Assembly (NCBI GenBank): GCA_018712605.1 | Contig: DVGR01000075.1 | Span: forward strand, 1-54,826 | Direction of reading: 5' to 3' | DNA length: 54,826 nt | DNA from: Candidatus Choladousia intestinigallinarum | Lineage (GTDB): Bacteria > Bacillota > Clostridia > Lachnospirales > Lachnospiraceae | In this document: piece after piece, positions 17,221-27,083 of the stretch | Numbering within the stretch: the stretch's first letter is position 1 | How the letters are laid out: each line of letters begins with the position of its first letter | Made by a program: the position numbers and the translations under genes | Notes under the pieces: model-generated | The model's input: only the letters and a program-made list of their open reading frames with translations | Told to the model about the DNA's origin: nothing | Database searches by the model: none

Positions 17221-17646
17221 ATGACTGTAAAACAGATTTCTGTCTTTTTGGAAAATAAACCTGGAAAGCTGGCTGATTTTACCAAAATCCTCTCCCAGAA
17301 CGGTATTAATATGCGCGCTCTGTCTCTGGCTGAGACTTCGGATTTCGGTATTCTCCGTCTGATCGTGGATGATACATATAAGGCTTCCACTCTTTTAAAG
17401 GATGAGGGCTTTGTATTTTCCATTACAAAAGTGCTGGCTGTGGCGATTCCTGATCAGCCCGGCAGCCTGAACACCGTAATTGAGATTCTTGGCAGCGCCC
17501 AGATCAATATTGAATATATGTACGCCGTGACCACCCATGCAAAGGGTCTGGCCTACATGATCTTCCGTGTTGCAGACAACACGGCGGCCATTGACGCTCT
17601 TACGAAAAACGGCGTCAAAGTAATCTGCCAGGATGAATTTGAATAA
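17221..17646 (+). CDS. Tandem ACT-domain protein
   Basis: KQISVFLENKPGKL..DFGILRLIV..PDQPGSL..INIEYMYA; typical partner of PaaK-family ligases; SD AAAGGAG. Confidence 0.9.
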   Translation: MTVKQISVFLENKPGKLADFTKILSQNGINMRALSLAETSDFGILRLIVDDTYKASTLLKDEGFVFSITKVLAVAIPDQPGSLNTVIEILGSAQINIEYMYAVTTHAKGLAYMIFRVADNTAAIDALTKNGVKVICQDEFE

Positions 17647-17662
17647 ACCGCAGTCCGTGAAG

Positions 17663-17702
17663 GAAGGGGCTGACCGAATCTCTTTAATTCGGCAGCCCCT
17701 TC
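17663..17702. terminator. Hairpin between convergent ACT and GH3 genes
   Basis: GAAGGGGCTG...CAGCCCCTTC stem. Confidence 0.7.
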
Positions 17703-17714
17703 ATAGTTGACACT

Positions 17715-20153
17715 TTATCCAAGTTTGAGAATCAGCTCCAGCACACGTTTCGCGCAGATTTGAATCTCTTCTTCGGAGATCCTTCCTTCTTCATAATCCT
17801 TCAAAACCCGCTTTGGAAAGCCACATCCCATCTTTAAGTCATTTCCCGCTTTCATCTCCAGGTACTGCTCCCCATGATTCCACCAGTCTGTTGTGACAAG
17901 GCCCTTAAAGCCCCACTCTTCACGAAGAATTCCCGTCAGCAGATCCCGGTTCTGGGACGCTCTTGTGCCGTTTATGGCATTGTAGGAGGACATAATCGTC
18001 CAGGGATCCGATTCCTTTACCGTGATCTCAAAACCTTTCAGGTAAATCTCACGGAGGGCCCGCTCCGATACTCTGGAATCACTTTCAAAACGGTTGGTCT
18101 CTTTATTGTTGCAGGCAAAATGCTTTACGGAAGCCGCAATATTCCTGGACTGAATTCCTCTTACCAGAGCGGCGCCCATCTTTCCCGCAATCAGGGGATC
18201 TTCTGAAAAATATTCAAAATTACGGCCGCACAGGGGGCTCCTGTGAATATTCATAGCAGGGGTGAGCCAGACGCCGATGTTATTTTCCTCCACCTCGGCA
18301 GCTCCCGCCGCTCCGACTTTCTCCACCAGATCCGTATTCCAGGTACACGCCAGCAGCGTGGCACATGGAAAGGCTGTGGTGCATACTCCGCACTGAGGCT
18401 GAATGCGCAGCCCTGCCGGCCCGTCAGCCGTAGCTGCGTTGGGTACTCCGTACTCCGGCAGGTTTCCAAGGCCCATGGTGTTGGAGACGCCTGTATTAGG
18501 CTGGCCGCAGGCAAGATGAATCTTTTCCTCCACAGTAAGCTGCTCCAGGAACTCATCCAGAGTCTTTTTCCCTTCTGCCACATCTTTCAGATGAATCTTC
18601 TCATCTGCCGGGCCGCCCCACATAAGACCGCCTTTTCTGCCCAGGACATCTGGTGCGTATGGCCCCAGCTCCTTCTCATTCCAGGCTGTGAGCTCGTCCG
18701 GCTTCTCTGCCACAGGAAGAGCCTCATACGTTCCGTCATGCAGAAGCCGCCGGCTAAGCTGCTTGGGGGTACATCTGGCTGTGAGGCTGCAGATTACCCG
18801 GGTTTCTGGAATCTCCAGGGCTTCCTCCAGGTATGCGCCGTCCCGCACACTGGTTCCCAGGAAGAAGCGGTAAGAGCCTTTTTCCAGCACATAAGAAGAT
18901 TTGCTGATTTTACCTAAATCATCATATGCGGCCAGTTGAGATACCAAAACCGTCAGTTTCAGTGTCTGAGTCTCTCCAGGCTGCAGGCATCTGGTCTTTG
19001 CAAAGGCTTTTAGTTCCCTGGAGGGCCTTCCAAGCTTTCCGGCAGGTGCTGTCACATAAAGCTGCACCACTTCTTTTCCAGAGCGTTCGCCTGTATTGGT
19101 CACAGCCGCCCATACTGTAATTTCTTTATCATTGATGCTGGCCTTTTTCTTCTCCACCTCAAACTCTGTGTAGGAAAGCCCATATCCAAAAGGATAGTTC
19201 ACTTTCCCCGACGCTCCTGGGATGGTCTCAAAATACCGATAGCCCACATAGATATCTTCTGTGTAGTCCACATATTTTTCTGAATCATGGAATCCCTCTG
19301 AGGAAGGATAATCCTCCAGACGCCTGGCAAAGGTGTCTGTCAGCTTACCGGAAGGATTTTCATCTCCGCACAGAACCTCAGCCGCAGCAAGTCCGCCCTC
19401 CATGCCTCCCTGCCATGCCATCAGCGCTGCCTGGATTCTGTCGTCCCCGAAAAACCACTGGGTATCTACCATTCCTCCCACATTCAGCACCGCAATGACT
19501 GTGGAGAATTTCTCTTTTACCTGTTCCAAAAGCCTCTCTTCTGCCTTGGAAAGATAGAAATCCCCTTTTTCAAAGATCAGGTTGGCTCTCTGGATCATTT
19601 CCTGTTCCTGGGGCTGGAAGCTATCGTCTTTCCCTTCCTGCTCCTCGCTGACAATGGTACGGTCCCAGTTTTCTCCCGAGAATCGGCAGAAAGTTACGAC
19701 AGCCGTGGAAGCAAAGGCCGCAGCACCTTCCAAAAGCTCTTGGGGAAGTTCCGGTTCCATGGTCATTCCAGGTACGACTCCCTGATCGTACTGTTTCTTT
19801 ACCTCCGCCTCATAAAATTCTCCCAATTTAGGGTACAAGGTTACCTTTCCCTCCTGCTCTTTGATTTTCAGGCCTTCCAGCAGATTTCTCACATAAGCCA
19901 CAGTCACATCGCCGCTGCCGCCGCCGCCTTTTACATAGTCCACACAGCCTTTCCCGAATACGGCGATCTTCTCTCCTTTAGGCAATGGGAGAGCTCCATC
20001 GTGATTTTTCACCAGAACCATTCCCTCTGCCGCCGCCGCCTTTGAAAGGGCTATGTGTTCTCTGCTTCCAGTTATTCTTCTTCCTTCCTCTCCTATGGGA
20101 AGGCAGGGCTGGTAAAAAAACCGTGTCCATTTTTCCATTGCTTTTTCCTCCAT
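17715..20153 (-). CDS. GH3 beta-glucosidase with inverted domain order
   Basis: C-domain motifs first (EGMVLVKN, NPSGKL, YVGYRY, PFGYGLSY, FnIII LKAFAKT); TIM-barrel motifs last (ADGPAG, GRNFEYFSEDP, KHF, MSSYN, TDW). Confidence 0.93.
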   Translation of the reverse strand: MEEKAMEKWTRFFYQPCLPIGEEGRRITGSREHIALSKAAAAEGMVLVKNHDGALPLPKGEKIAVFGKGCVDYVKGGGGSGDVTVAYVRNLLEGLKIKEQEGKVTLYPKLGEFYEAEVKKQYDQGVVPGMTMEPELPQELLEGAAAFASTAVVTFCRFSGENWDRTIVSEEQEGKDDSFQPQEQEMIQRANLIFEKGDFYLSKAEERLLEQVKEKFSTVIAVLNVGGMVDTQWFFGDDRIQAALMAWQGGMEGGLAAAEVLCGDENPSGKLTDTFARRLEDYPSSEGFHDSEKYVDYTEDIYVGYRYFETIPGASGKVNYPFGYGLSYTEFEVEKKKASINDKEITVWAAVTNTGERSGKEVVQLYVTAPAGKLGRPSRELKAFAKTRCLQPGETQTLKLTVLVSQLAAYDDLGKISKSSYVLEKGSYRFFLGTSVRDGAYLEEALEIPETRVICSLTARCTPKQLSRRLLHDGTYEALPVAEKPDELTAWNEKELGPYAPDVLGRKGGLMWGGPADEKIHLKDVAEGKKTLDEFLEQLTVEEKIHLACGQPNTGVSNTMGLGNLPEYGVPNAATADGPAGLRIQPQCGVCTTAFPCATLLACTWNTDLVEKVGAAGAAEVEENNIGVWLTPAMNIHRSPLCGRNFEYFSEDPLIAGKMGAALVRGIQSRNIAASVKHFACNNKETNRFESDSRVSERALREIYLKGFEITVKESDPWTIMSSYNAINGTRASQNRDLLTGILREEWGFKGLVTTDWWNHGEQYLEMKAGNDLKMGCGFPKRVLKDYEEGRISEEEIQICAKRVLELILKLG

Positions 20154-20178
20154 TTATCTTTCATTCTTAAAAATATCT

Positions 20179-20958
20179 TTATCCCAACGCCACATCCAGA
20201 ATCATCATCAGCACAAATCCTGCCGCAAACCCAAGGGTTCCCAGATTACTGTGCTCTCCTTGGGAGGCCTCAGGAATCAGCTCTTCCACTACCACGTAAA
20301 GCATGGCTCCGGCTGCAAAGGCCAAGAGATAAGGAAGCACAGGAGTAATAAAGCTGGAAAGCAAAATTGTGACCAGAGCTCCCAAAGGTTCCACTACCCC
20401 GGAAAGCACTCCATAGAGAAAGGCCTTTCTCCTGCTCATCCCTTCCTCGCTTCTCAGGGGAAGGCTGATCACCGCACCCTCTGGAAAATTCTGTATGGCA
20501 ATTCCTATGGAAAGGGCGAAGGCTCCTGCCAGACCAATATCCTGGCTGCTCAGCAGGGCTCCGGAAAATACGACTCCTACCGCCATCCCCTCGGGAATAT
20601 TGTGAAGGGTAACAGCCAGGACAAGCATAGTCGTTTTTTTTAGGGAGCATTTAGGCCCCTCAGATTGTTCCGCTCCCATGTGAAGATGGGGTATCACCAT
20701 ATCCATAAGAAACAGGAATCCCATTCCCAAAGCAAATCCTGCCGCCGCAGGAATAAAAGCGAATTTCCCCATCTCCTCTGACATATCCATGGCGGGAATC
20801 AAAAGGGACCAAACAGAGGCCGCCACCATAACGCCGGAGGCAAACCCCAGCAAAGCTTTCTGAATCTTCGGATTCAGCTCATTTTTAAGAAAGAAAACAC
20901 ATGCGGCTCCCAGGGATGTTCCCAGAAAAGGCAAAAGCAGTCCTGCCGCCACTTCCAT
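20179..20958 (-). CDS. ZIP-family (ZupT/GufA-like) metal transporter
   Basis: GFASGVM, LHNIPEG, IQNFPEG, SGVVEP, AAGAMLYVVVEELIPE motifs; HLH loop. Confidence 0.93.
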   Translation of the reverse strand: MEVAAGLLLPFLGTSLGAACVFFLKNELNPKIQKALLGFASGVMVAASVWSLLIPAMDMSEEMGKFAFIPAAAGFALGMGFLFLMDMVIPHLHMGAEQSEGPKCSLKKTTMLVLAVTLHNIPEGMAVGVVFSGALLSSQDIGLAGAFALSIGIAIQNFPEGAVISLPLRSEEGMSRRKAFLYGVLSGVVEPLGALVTILLSSFITPVLPYLLAFAAGAMLYVVVEELIPEASQGEHSNLGTLGFAAGFVLMMILDVALG

Positions 20959-21107
20959 ATTTCTCACTCCTCTCACTGAAGATCATATATTCACACTTTT
21001 TATATTATGTCCAGTACAAGAAATCTGTAAGCTGTCCACGTCTTAAGTATAAAAGAAGCCATACTCGAATGCAAGACGGAAAAATATTTTTCCCATAAAA
21101 AAAGGTA

Positions 21108-21136
21108 TTGACAGTTCTGAAATTGTGAGCTATAAT
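21108..21136 (+). promoter_or_regulatory. Consensus sigma-A promoter of tRNA-Arg
   Basis: TTGACA-17 nt-TATAAT. Confidence 0.9.
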
Positions 21137-21156
21137 TATCAACGCTGATAAGAAAT

Positions 21157-21230
21157 GTGCGTTTAGCTCAGCTGGATAGAGCGTTTGGCTACGGACCAAA
21201 AGGTCGGGGGTTCGAATCCTCTAACGCACG
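21157..21230 (+). tRNA. tRNA-Arg (ACG)
   Basis: Acceptor GTGCGTT/AACGCAC, D arm GCTC..GAGC, anticodon arm TTTGG-CTACGGA-CCAAA, T loop GTTCGAATC. Confidence 0.97.
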
Positions 21231-21232
21231 GT

Positions 21233-21264
21233 AAAAGAGCCTTGGGTTTCCAAGGTTCTTTTTT
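21233..21264 (+). terminator. Intrinsic terminator after tRNA-Arg
   Basis: AAAAGAGCCTTGG-GTTT-CCAAGGTTCTTTTTT. Confidence 0.8.
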
Positions 21265-21360
21265 GTGTCATTTTCCTATGACACAAAAAGCACACTTTTG
21301 CTCTTCTATAGAAAACTCGCCTGCTGCTTACGCAACACGCCGCAGGCGAATTTTTTTATA
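21260..21360. repeat. Palindromic REP-like intergenic element
   Basis: Hairpin TTTTTGTGTCAT/ATGACACAAAAA and an imperfect long hairpin at 21307-21360; shares motifs with 8415-8460 and 45241-45260. Confidence 0.6.
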
Positions 21361-21425
21361 TAAATTTGCGCTGCTGTTTACAGGAATCCCGTAAACAGCA
21401 GCGCATTCTCTCTTTAAAATCTCTT

Positions 21426-22838
21426 TTATTTATACAGCAGAATCGCCGTCCCTGCCTCTATATTATTGTAGATAGTCTCCGCTGCGGCATAGGGCAGATT
21501 CACACAGCCGTGAGATCCGTTCGTCTGATAGATATTTCCTCCAAAGGAGCTGCGCCACGGTGCGTCATGGAGTCCCTGCCCATCGTGGAAAGGCATCCAG
21601 AACGTCACTTCTTCTCTCCAGGTATCCCCCTCTAAGACGGAAGGGCTCTCCTTGAACGCCAGGGGGAAAGCCCCCGTGGCAGTCTCTCTCTCCGCAGTGG
21701 GGAGCCCGGAAACAAAGTCGCTCTCCACGATCATCTCTCCGTCGATGTAGAACCAGAGATGCTGTCTGGTAAGGTTGATCTCCACATACGTACCGCACAA
21801 ATCGTCACGGCCATTTCTCTTATACCCGCTAACCGCATACACCGGCTCTCTGGTCACTGTGGTATTGCTGTAGATATCAGCCAAAAGCTGATCCGTCTCG
21901 CCGTCAATGTCCATCTGATATCCGTAGTCGCTGCTGGGAATCGTAACCTCCGTACCATCGGAAGCCGTGAACGTGCGGGAGTAATACAGAGTATCATACT
22001 TGGCCGCCAGCTCGGTCACGTAGTTATAAACGCTATCCCGGCTGATGCTGGACTCAGCCCCGTCGATGACCAGCCACTGCTGCACTGTATCCCAGTTCAC
22101 TACCTCAGTCACCTCCCCAAAGGTGAGGGTGATATTCGCTTTACAGTAAGCATTGTAGATATCCATGAGTATATTCATGTCATGATCGTCCTGGGTGACA
22201 GCCGGAAGATAGTAGAACTCTTCAGGCACATCTATCTGCAGATCCTCCTGGGGACGGGACTGGGACGTCAATTCATCCATCTTCTCTTTTACCAGCTCCT
22301 GGAGCTGTGCGTCGTCAAATTCATTGCCGTATACTTCCGGCTGTATATAGTATTCCGTTCCGTTATATTCCATCGAAGCGTCCACGCTGGCTGTCCTGGG
22401 CTTGGAAAAATTCGCCGCTGCCACAGCCTGGCTGAACACGGTTTCATCGAATGCAAAGGGAACCTCCACCTCAAAGGTATTCCCTTCAAAGAGACTGATA
22501 ATAAGCCCCAGGTTCTGGGTTCTCATGCACTCCTGAATATTGCTTAGAAGCTGCATCTGGTCCACTGTATATCCCGCTTCTTCCAGCGTAAGGGTCAGCA
22601 CACTCTCTCCGCCCTCATTGATGGTAAGGGTCGGCGAACTGTAATCCTCTTTCAGCATCAGCAGAACCTCTTTACAGGTCTTCCCTGCAACATCATATCC
22701 GTTTATAACCGTATCTTCAAAAAAGAGGCCGCTGTTTACCTTCTGATAGAGGTAAAATCCGACACCTCCCAGCCCTATGGCCAGGCAGATTACAATAACT
22801 AGAACTGCGATCCGTATACCTTTTCTTTTTTTCTTCAC
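21426..22838 (-). CDS. Membrane-anchored L,D-transpeptidase (YkuD domain)
   Basis: N-terminal basic stretch plus TM helix; C-terminal YVEINLTRQHLW..GLHDAPWR..SHGCVN catalytic motif. Confidence 0.92.
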   Translation of the reverse strand: MKKKRKGIRIAVLVIVICLAIGLGGVGFYLYQKVNSGLFFEDTVINGYDVAGKTCKEVLLMLKEDYSSPTLTINEGGESVLTLTLEEAGYTVDQMQLLSNIQECMRTQNLGLIISLFEGNTFEVEVPFAFDETVFSQAVAAANFSKPRTASVDASMEYNGTEYYIQPEVYGNEFDDAQLQELVKEKMDELTSQSRPQEDLQIDVPEEFYYLPAVTQDDHDMNILMDIYNAYCKANITLTFGEVTEVVNWDTVQQWLVIDGAESSISRDSVYNYVTELAAKYDTLYYSRTFTASDGTEVTIPSSDYGYQMDIDGETDQLLADIYSNTTVTREPVYAVSGYKRNGRDDLCGTYVEINLTRQHLWFYIDGEMIVESDFVSGLPTAERETATGAFPLAFKESPSVLEGDTWREEVTFWMPFHDGQGLHDAPWRSSFGGNIYQTNGSHGCVNLPYAAAETIYNNIEAGTAILLYK

Positions 22839-23016
22839 TTTTGTCCCTTACCCTTCTGAATCTTTTTCTTACACTTACATGGAACCGCCTTCTTCCCTGC
22901 CCCCTTCTGCAGTGAAAAACAGCCCCGCTCTCCCTATATTGCACCATCCCTGGAGAATAGTCAAGGGCCGGAATCTTAATTTTCTTCAAAGAACCCCGGC
23001 CCTAATCCTCTACTTT

Positions 23017-24351
23017 TTATGCATGCTGAATTTCATTTTCAAACATGACTGTCACTTCCGTTCCCTGCCCCTCCACGCTGTCCAGCTTGATCTGCGCATG
23101 GTGCTGGGCTACGATATGTTTTACGATAGCCAGGCCAAGGCCTGTGCCTCCGGTCTGCTTGGAACGGCTCTTGTCCACCCGGTAAAATCTCTCGAAAACC
23201 CGCTCCAGGCTGTCTTTTGGTATCCCGATTCCCGTGTCTTTTACCGTCAGATAAGTCACTCCCTGCCTGGGGCATACAGTAACCTCTACCTTCCCTCCCA
23301 GGCGATTGTAACGGATGGCATTGTCGCACAGGTTATAAACCAGCTCCTCCATCATCTGCTTATTGGCCTGGATAACCGCCCGGCTTCCGCTGCAGCTTAT
23401 GCGAATCCCATGGTTCTTCGCATTGAGCTCCAGCATATCCACGCAGGATTTTGAAATCTCATAGAGATCTACCGAAGTGTAGGTAATCTCCACCTGATCA
23501 GAATCCAGCTCAGAAAGCTTAATGATATCATTGATCAGAGTGAGCAGCCTTTTGGCATTTCTGGAAATCTCCCTGGCAAAGCGCCTGGACTCATCTTCCC
23601 CGGCAAGCCCTGTCTCTATCAGCTCCGCATACCCGGAGATGGAGGTCAGGGGGGTCTTCAGCTCATGAGAAACGTTTGCCGTAAACTCCTGGCGCATTTT
23701 TGCGTTTTTCAGAATATCTTTATGCTGCTGACGGATCGTGGTGATAAAAGGGACCAATTCCTCGTAAGTATCTGCCATCTCGATCTGATCGATATGCTTG
23801 GCGAGGTTTTCAATGGGACGCACCAGGCTGGAAGTAACGTATCTGGACAATGCGAAGCACACCAGAAATATAACGACCGCTATAAGAATGATCCCCTGCA
23901 GGGTCGTATAGAATACATTCCAGATGCTGTTTGCAGGCTGGCTGACCCGGAGTATCTGGCCGTTTTCCAACTGCACCGCATAGTAATACATATCTTCATT
24001 GACCGTGTCGGAATGGCGGATGGAGTACCCGCTTCCGTACGTCCTGGCCTGTTCAATCTCCGGCCGGTTACCATGATTCTCCAGCGCCTGGTCTTCCACC
24101 TCATCATCGTAAATCACCTCTCCCTCCTGGGAAATTACGGTGATCCTCAGGTCGCTGTTGTAATCTTTATAATCCCGGCGCATTTCCTCCCCTGAATTTA
24201 CAAGGCCTTTCAGAAGGTTGGCATAGATCTTCATATCGTTAATAACCTGATCCTGGTACATGTTATGAAAAATAGCCACAGAAATCAGAAGGGTAGCTGC
24301 CAGGGTCAGAGTGGCCGTAACCAGCAGATATTTATTGATTTTCTTTTTCAT
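23017..24351 (-). CDS. phoR: PhoR-like sensor histidine kinase
   Basis: ANVSHELKTPLT H-box, NLCDNAIRY, DTGIG, ERFYRVDKSRS, GTGLGL; lies in the pst/phoU cluster. Confidence 0.85.
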   Translation of the reverse strand: MKKKINKYLLVTATLTLAATLLISVAIFHNMYQDQVINDMKIYANLLKGLVNSGEEMRRDYKDYNSDLRITVISQEGEVIYDDEVEDQALENHGNRPEIEQARTYGSGYSIRHSDTVNEDMYYYAVQLENGQILRVSQPANSIWNVFYTTLQGIILIAVVIFLVCFALSRYVTSSLVRPIENLAKHIDQIEMADTYEELVPFITTIRQQHKDILKNAKMRQEFTANVSHELKTPLTSISGYAELIETGLAGEDESRRFAREISRNAKRLLTLINDIIKLSELDSDQVEITYTSVDLYEISKSCVDMLELNAKNHGIRISCSGSRAVIQANKQMMEELVYNLCDNAIRYNRLGGKVEVTVCPRQGVTYLTVKDTGIGIPKDSLERVFERFYRVDKSRSKQTGGTGLGLAIVKHIVAQHHAQIKLDSVEGQGTEVTVMFENEIQHA

Positions 24352-24369
24352 GGAAAAAGAGGAACCTCC

Positions 24370-25056
24370 TTAAGATTGTTCTTCTCCTATAAGCATATAG
24401 CCCACATTGCGGACCGTCCGGATCAAAGTCCCAGCGGAACCCATTTTCTGCCTGAGGGTCTTTATATGCATATCCAAAGTCCTGGATTCTCCCTCGAAAT
24501 CAGTCCCCCAGACCCGGTCAAGGATCATTTCCCGGGTAGAGACGATTCCCGCATTCAGCATAAGCAGCTTCAGCAGCTCATACTCTTTGAAGGTAAGCTC
24601 ACAGAGTTTGTCATTTACAAAAACCTGCCTCTTCTCATCGTCCATGAACACAGGGCCGAAGCGCAGAAGCTTTTCATCGTCCATCCCCTTGCTTCTCCGT
24701 ATGAGAGCTTTCACCCTGGAGATCAGTTCCATAACGCCAAAGGGCTTTGTCAGGTAATCATCCGCCCCCTGATCCAGCCCCTTTACCTTGTCCAGTTCTG
24801 TAGTTTTGGCCGTCACTAAAATAATCGGAACCTTTCTTGTTTCAGAATTTAAACGGAGCTTTTTCACAATGGCCAGTCCGTCTTCATCCGGAAGCATAAT
24901 GTCCAGAAGGATCAGCCCGGGGACTTTTTCTTTGATTTTTTTATAAAAGGTCCCCGCCGTCTCGAATCCCTGTACATCGTAGCCTGCATTTTTCAGGGCA
25001 AACATCTCAATCTCCCGAATGTTCTCGTCGTCTTCCACAATATAAATTAATGCCAT
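24370..25056 (-). CDS. phoP: PhoP/PhoB-like OmpR-family response regulator
   Basis: IVEDD, LLDIMLP, GADDYLTKPF, RTLDMHIKTLRQK, TVRNVGY; Pho context. Confidence 0.85.
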   Translation of the reverse strand: MALIYIVEDDENIREIEMFALKNAGYDVQGFETAGTFYKKIKEKVPGLILLDIMLPDEDGLAIVKKLRLNSETRKVPIILVTAKTTELDKVKGLDQGADDYLTKPFGVMELISRVKALIRRSKGMDDEKLLRFGPVFMDDEKRQVFVNDKLCELTFKEYELLKLLMLNAGIVSTREMILDRVWGTDFEGESRTLDMHIKTLRQKMGSAGTLIRTVRNVGYMLIGEEQS

Positions 25057-25118
25057 TCTGGTCTCCTCCATTTTTCTGTTTCCGCAGGTTCAGAACATCT
25101 GCCCTGCATCTGTTGATG

Positions 25119-26957
25119 TCAATCCGGCAGACCTGCACCCTTCATGTGGGAACGCATATCCACCTTGGGAGTCCCTTTTATCCTTTCGGGAAGGGTGTAC
25201 TTCTGGCTGTATGCCCGATACTGCTCCACAAAATGCTTTCTGTCCTCTGTCTTCAGAGATTTCAGATAAGCGTGGCGCCCGTACTCATCTTTATCTGCCT
25301 GTACAAGACAGACCGCAATATTAGAACAGTGATCTGCGATACGCTCGTAGCTGGTGGTAAGATCAGAGAGGATAAAGCCAAGCTCAATCGTACATCTGCC
25401 CTCCCTGAGCCGTTCGATATGCCGCTGCTTCATGGCATCGCTGAGATCATCTATAACCTCTTCCAGAGGCTCTACCTCTCTTGCCTTGTCCAGGTTTTCT
25501 GTATAGACAGCTTCCATAGTGATGGCCACAATCTCTTTCACGGCTGCGGAGAAAACCTGAAGCTCCTTGACAGCCGCCTGGGAAAAGGCCAGATTTTTGT
25601 CATAGATTTCTTCCGCCGCCTTGGCAATCCCCACCGCATGGTCAGAAATACGTTCCATATCTCCGATGCTGTGAAGAAGCACCGACAGGGTATGACTGTC
25701 CTTAAGGGTCAGCTCATGCTTTGATATCTGAACCAGATACGTTCCCAGGCGGTCCTCATACTGGTCTACCTGCTCTTCCTTACGGCTGACCTCCTGGACT
25801 CCTTCTTCATCATAACGGCTCAGCAGAGAGATTGCCTCGTCCAGAGAGCTGGCAGTCAAATCCGCCATCCTGGAAGCGGCATTTCTGCACTGTTCCACCG
25901 CGAAAGCCGGCGTGTCCAGAAATCTTGCATCCAGTCCCAGAAGCTCCTGTTTTTCAGTCTCATCTTTCCTTCCGCCCTTTTCTGCGTCACGAACGGTCAG
26001 CTTGGCCAGCTTAACCAGTATGCCATGGAAAGGAAGCCACAGACAGGTGGCAAAGATATTAAAGGCTGTATGGGCCACTGCAATCCCCGCAGGCACAGCG
26101 GCGTCATCCAAAAAAGCAAAGTTTACAAAAACATTTACCGTGTAAAACAGAATCAGAAAGACGATGGTTCCAATCAGATTAAAATACAGATGTACAAAGG
26201 CCGCCCTCTTGGCATTCTTCTTGGCCCCGATGGAGGACAGCAGGGCAGTGACGCAGGTACCGATATTTTGACCCATGATAATGGGAAGGGCCGCCCCATA
26301 GGTTACAGAGCCTGTCATACAAAGAGCCTGAAGGATTCCCACGGAAGCGGAGGAACTCTGAATAATAGCCGTCAGAACCGCTCCGGCCAGAAGGCCCAGA
26401 ATAGGATTTCGGAACATTAAAAACAGATTTGTAAACTGCGGAATCTCAGCTAAGGGCTCAACGGCGCCGCTCATGGTTTCCATACCAAACATCAGCACGG
26501 CAAAGCCCAGCAGAATAGAGCCCACATCTTTCTTTCGCTCACTCTTGGCAAACATGTGAAGGCCAATACCGATCACAGCCAGAATGGGCGAAAAAGAAGA
26601 AGGCTTCAAAAGCTGCAACAGAAAACTGTCTCCCTCAATGCCAGAGAGACTTAAAATCCATGATGTAACTGTGGTACCGATGTTGGCTCCCATGATGATT
26701 CCCACAGTTCGTTCCAGGGTCATGATCCCGGAGTTTACAAATCCCACCACCATAACCGTGGTGGCGGATGAGGATTGAATCACCGCTGTGACTGCCATGC
26801 CAAGCAGTACACCCTTTAAGGTACTGCTGGTAAGATTCTCCAGAATCTTCTCGAGACGTCCGCCGGATGCTTTCGCCAGACTGTCTCCCATTACGTTCAT
26901 TCCATAGAGGAACAGCGCCAAACCGCCAAATAGAGTAAAAACATTAAAAATATCCAT
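25119..26957 (-). CDS. Na+/phosphate cotransporter with C-terminal PhoU-like domains
   Basis: Twin QSSS motifs, GANIGT/GQNIGT, and ERISDH/ERIADH PhoU-type repeats. Confidence 0.93.
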   Translation of the reverse strand: MDIFNVFTLFGGLALFLYGMNVMGDSLAKASGGRLEKILENLTSSTLKGVLLGMAVTAVIQSSSATTVMVVGFVNSGIMTLERTVGIIMGANIGTTVTSWILSLSGIEGDSFLLQLLKPSSFSPILAVIGIGLHMFAKSERKKDVGSILLGFAVLMFGMETMSGAVEPLAEIPQFTNLFLMFRNPILGLLAGAVLTAIIQSSSASVGILQALCMTGSVTYGAALPIIMGQNIGTCVTALLSSIGAKKNAKRAAFVHLYFNLIGTIVFLILFYTVNVFVNFAFLDDAAVPAGIAVAHTAFNIFATCLWLPFHGILVKLAKLTVRDAEKGGRKDETEKQELLGLDARFLDTPAFAVEQCRNAASRMADLTASSLDEAISLLSRYDEEGVQEVSRKEEQVDQYEDRLGTYLVQISKHELTLKDSHTLSVLLHSIGDMERISDHAVGIAKAAEEIYDKNLAFSQAAVKELQVFSAAVKEIVAITMEAVYTENLDKAREVEPLEEVIDDLSDAMKQRHIERLREGRCTIELGFILSDLTTSYERIADHCSNIAVCLVQADKDEYGRHAYLKSLKTEDRKHFVEQYRAYSQKYTLPERIKGTPKVDMRSHMKGAGLPD

Positions 26958-27030
26958 TGAAATTCCCTTTCCCTTCTGTATATTCCACTAATTATAAATT
27001 ATACACAAAGTAAGGGAAAAAGGGAATTTT

Positions 27031-27051
27031 TTTATGTAAAATTTATGTAAA
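27031..27051 (-). promoter_or_regulatory. Pho-box-like direct repeat upstream of the Na/Pi cotransporter
   Basis: TTTACATAAA twice with 11-bp period on the minus strand; TATAAT at 27003-26998. Confidence 0.65.
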
Positions 27052-27083
27052 TATCTATTTTATTTTCGTGACCTAAATTTTAC

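Noticed and set aside
20959-21107. Possible Mn (yybP-ykoY) or NiCo riboswitch upstream of the ZIP gene
   Set aside because: The conserved cores of those motifs were not found.
22777-23454. Long antisense ORFs such as 22777-23454, 21759-22547, 45203-45868 and 10798-11694
   Set aside because: They lie opposite well-supported genes and lack RBS or motifs; typical codon-bias shadows.
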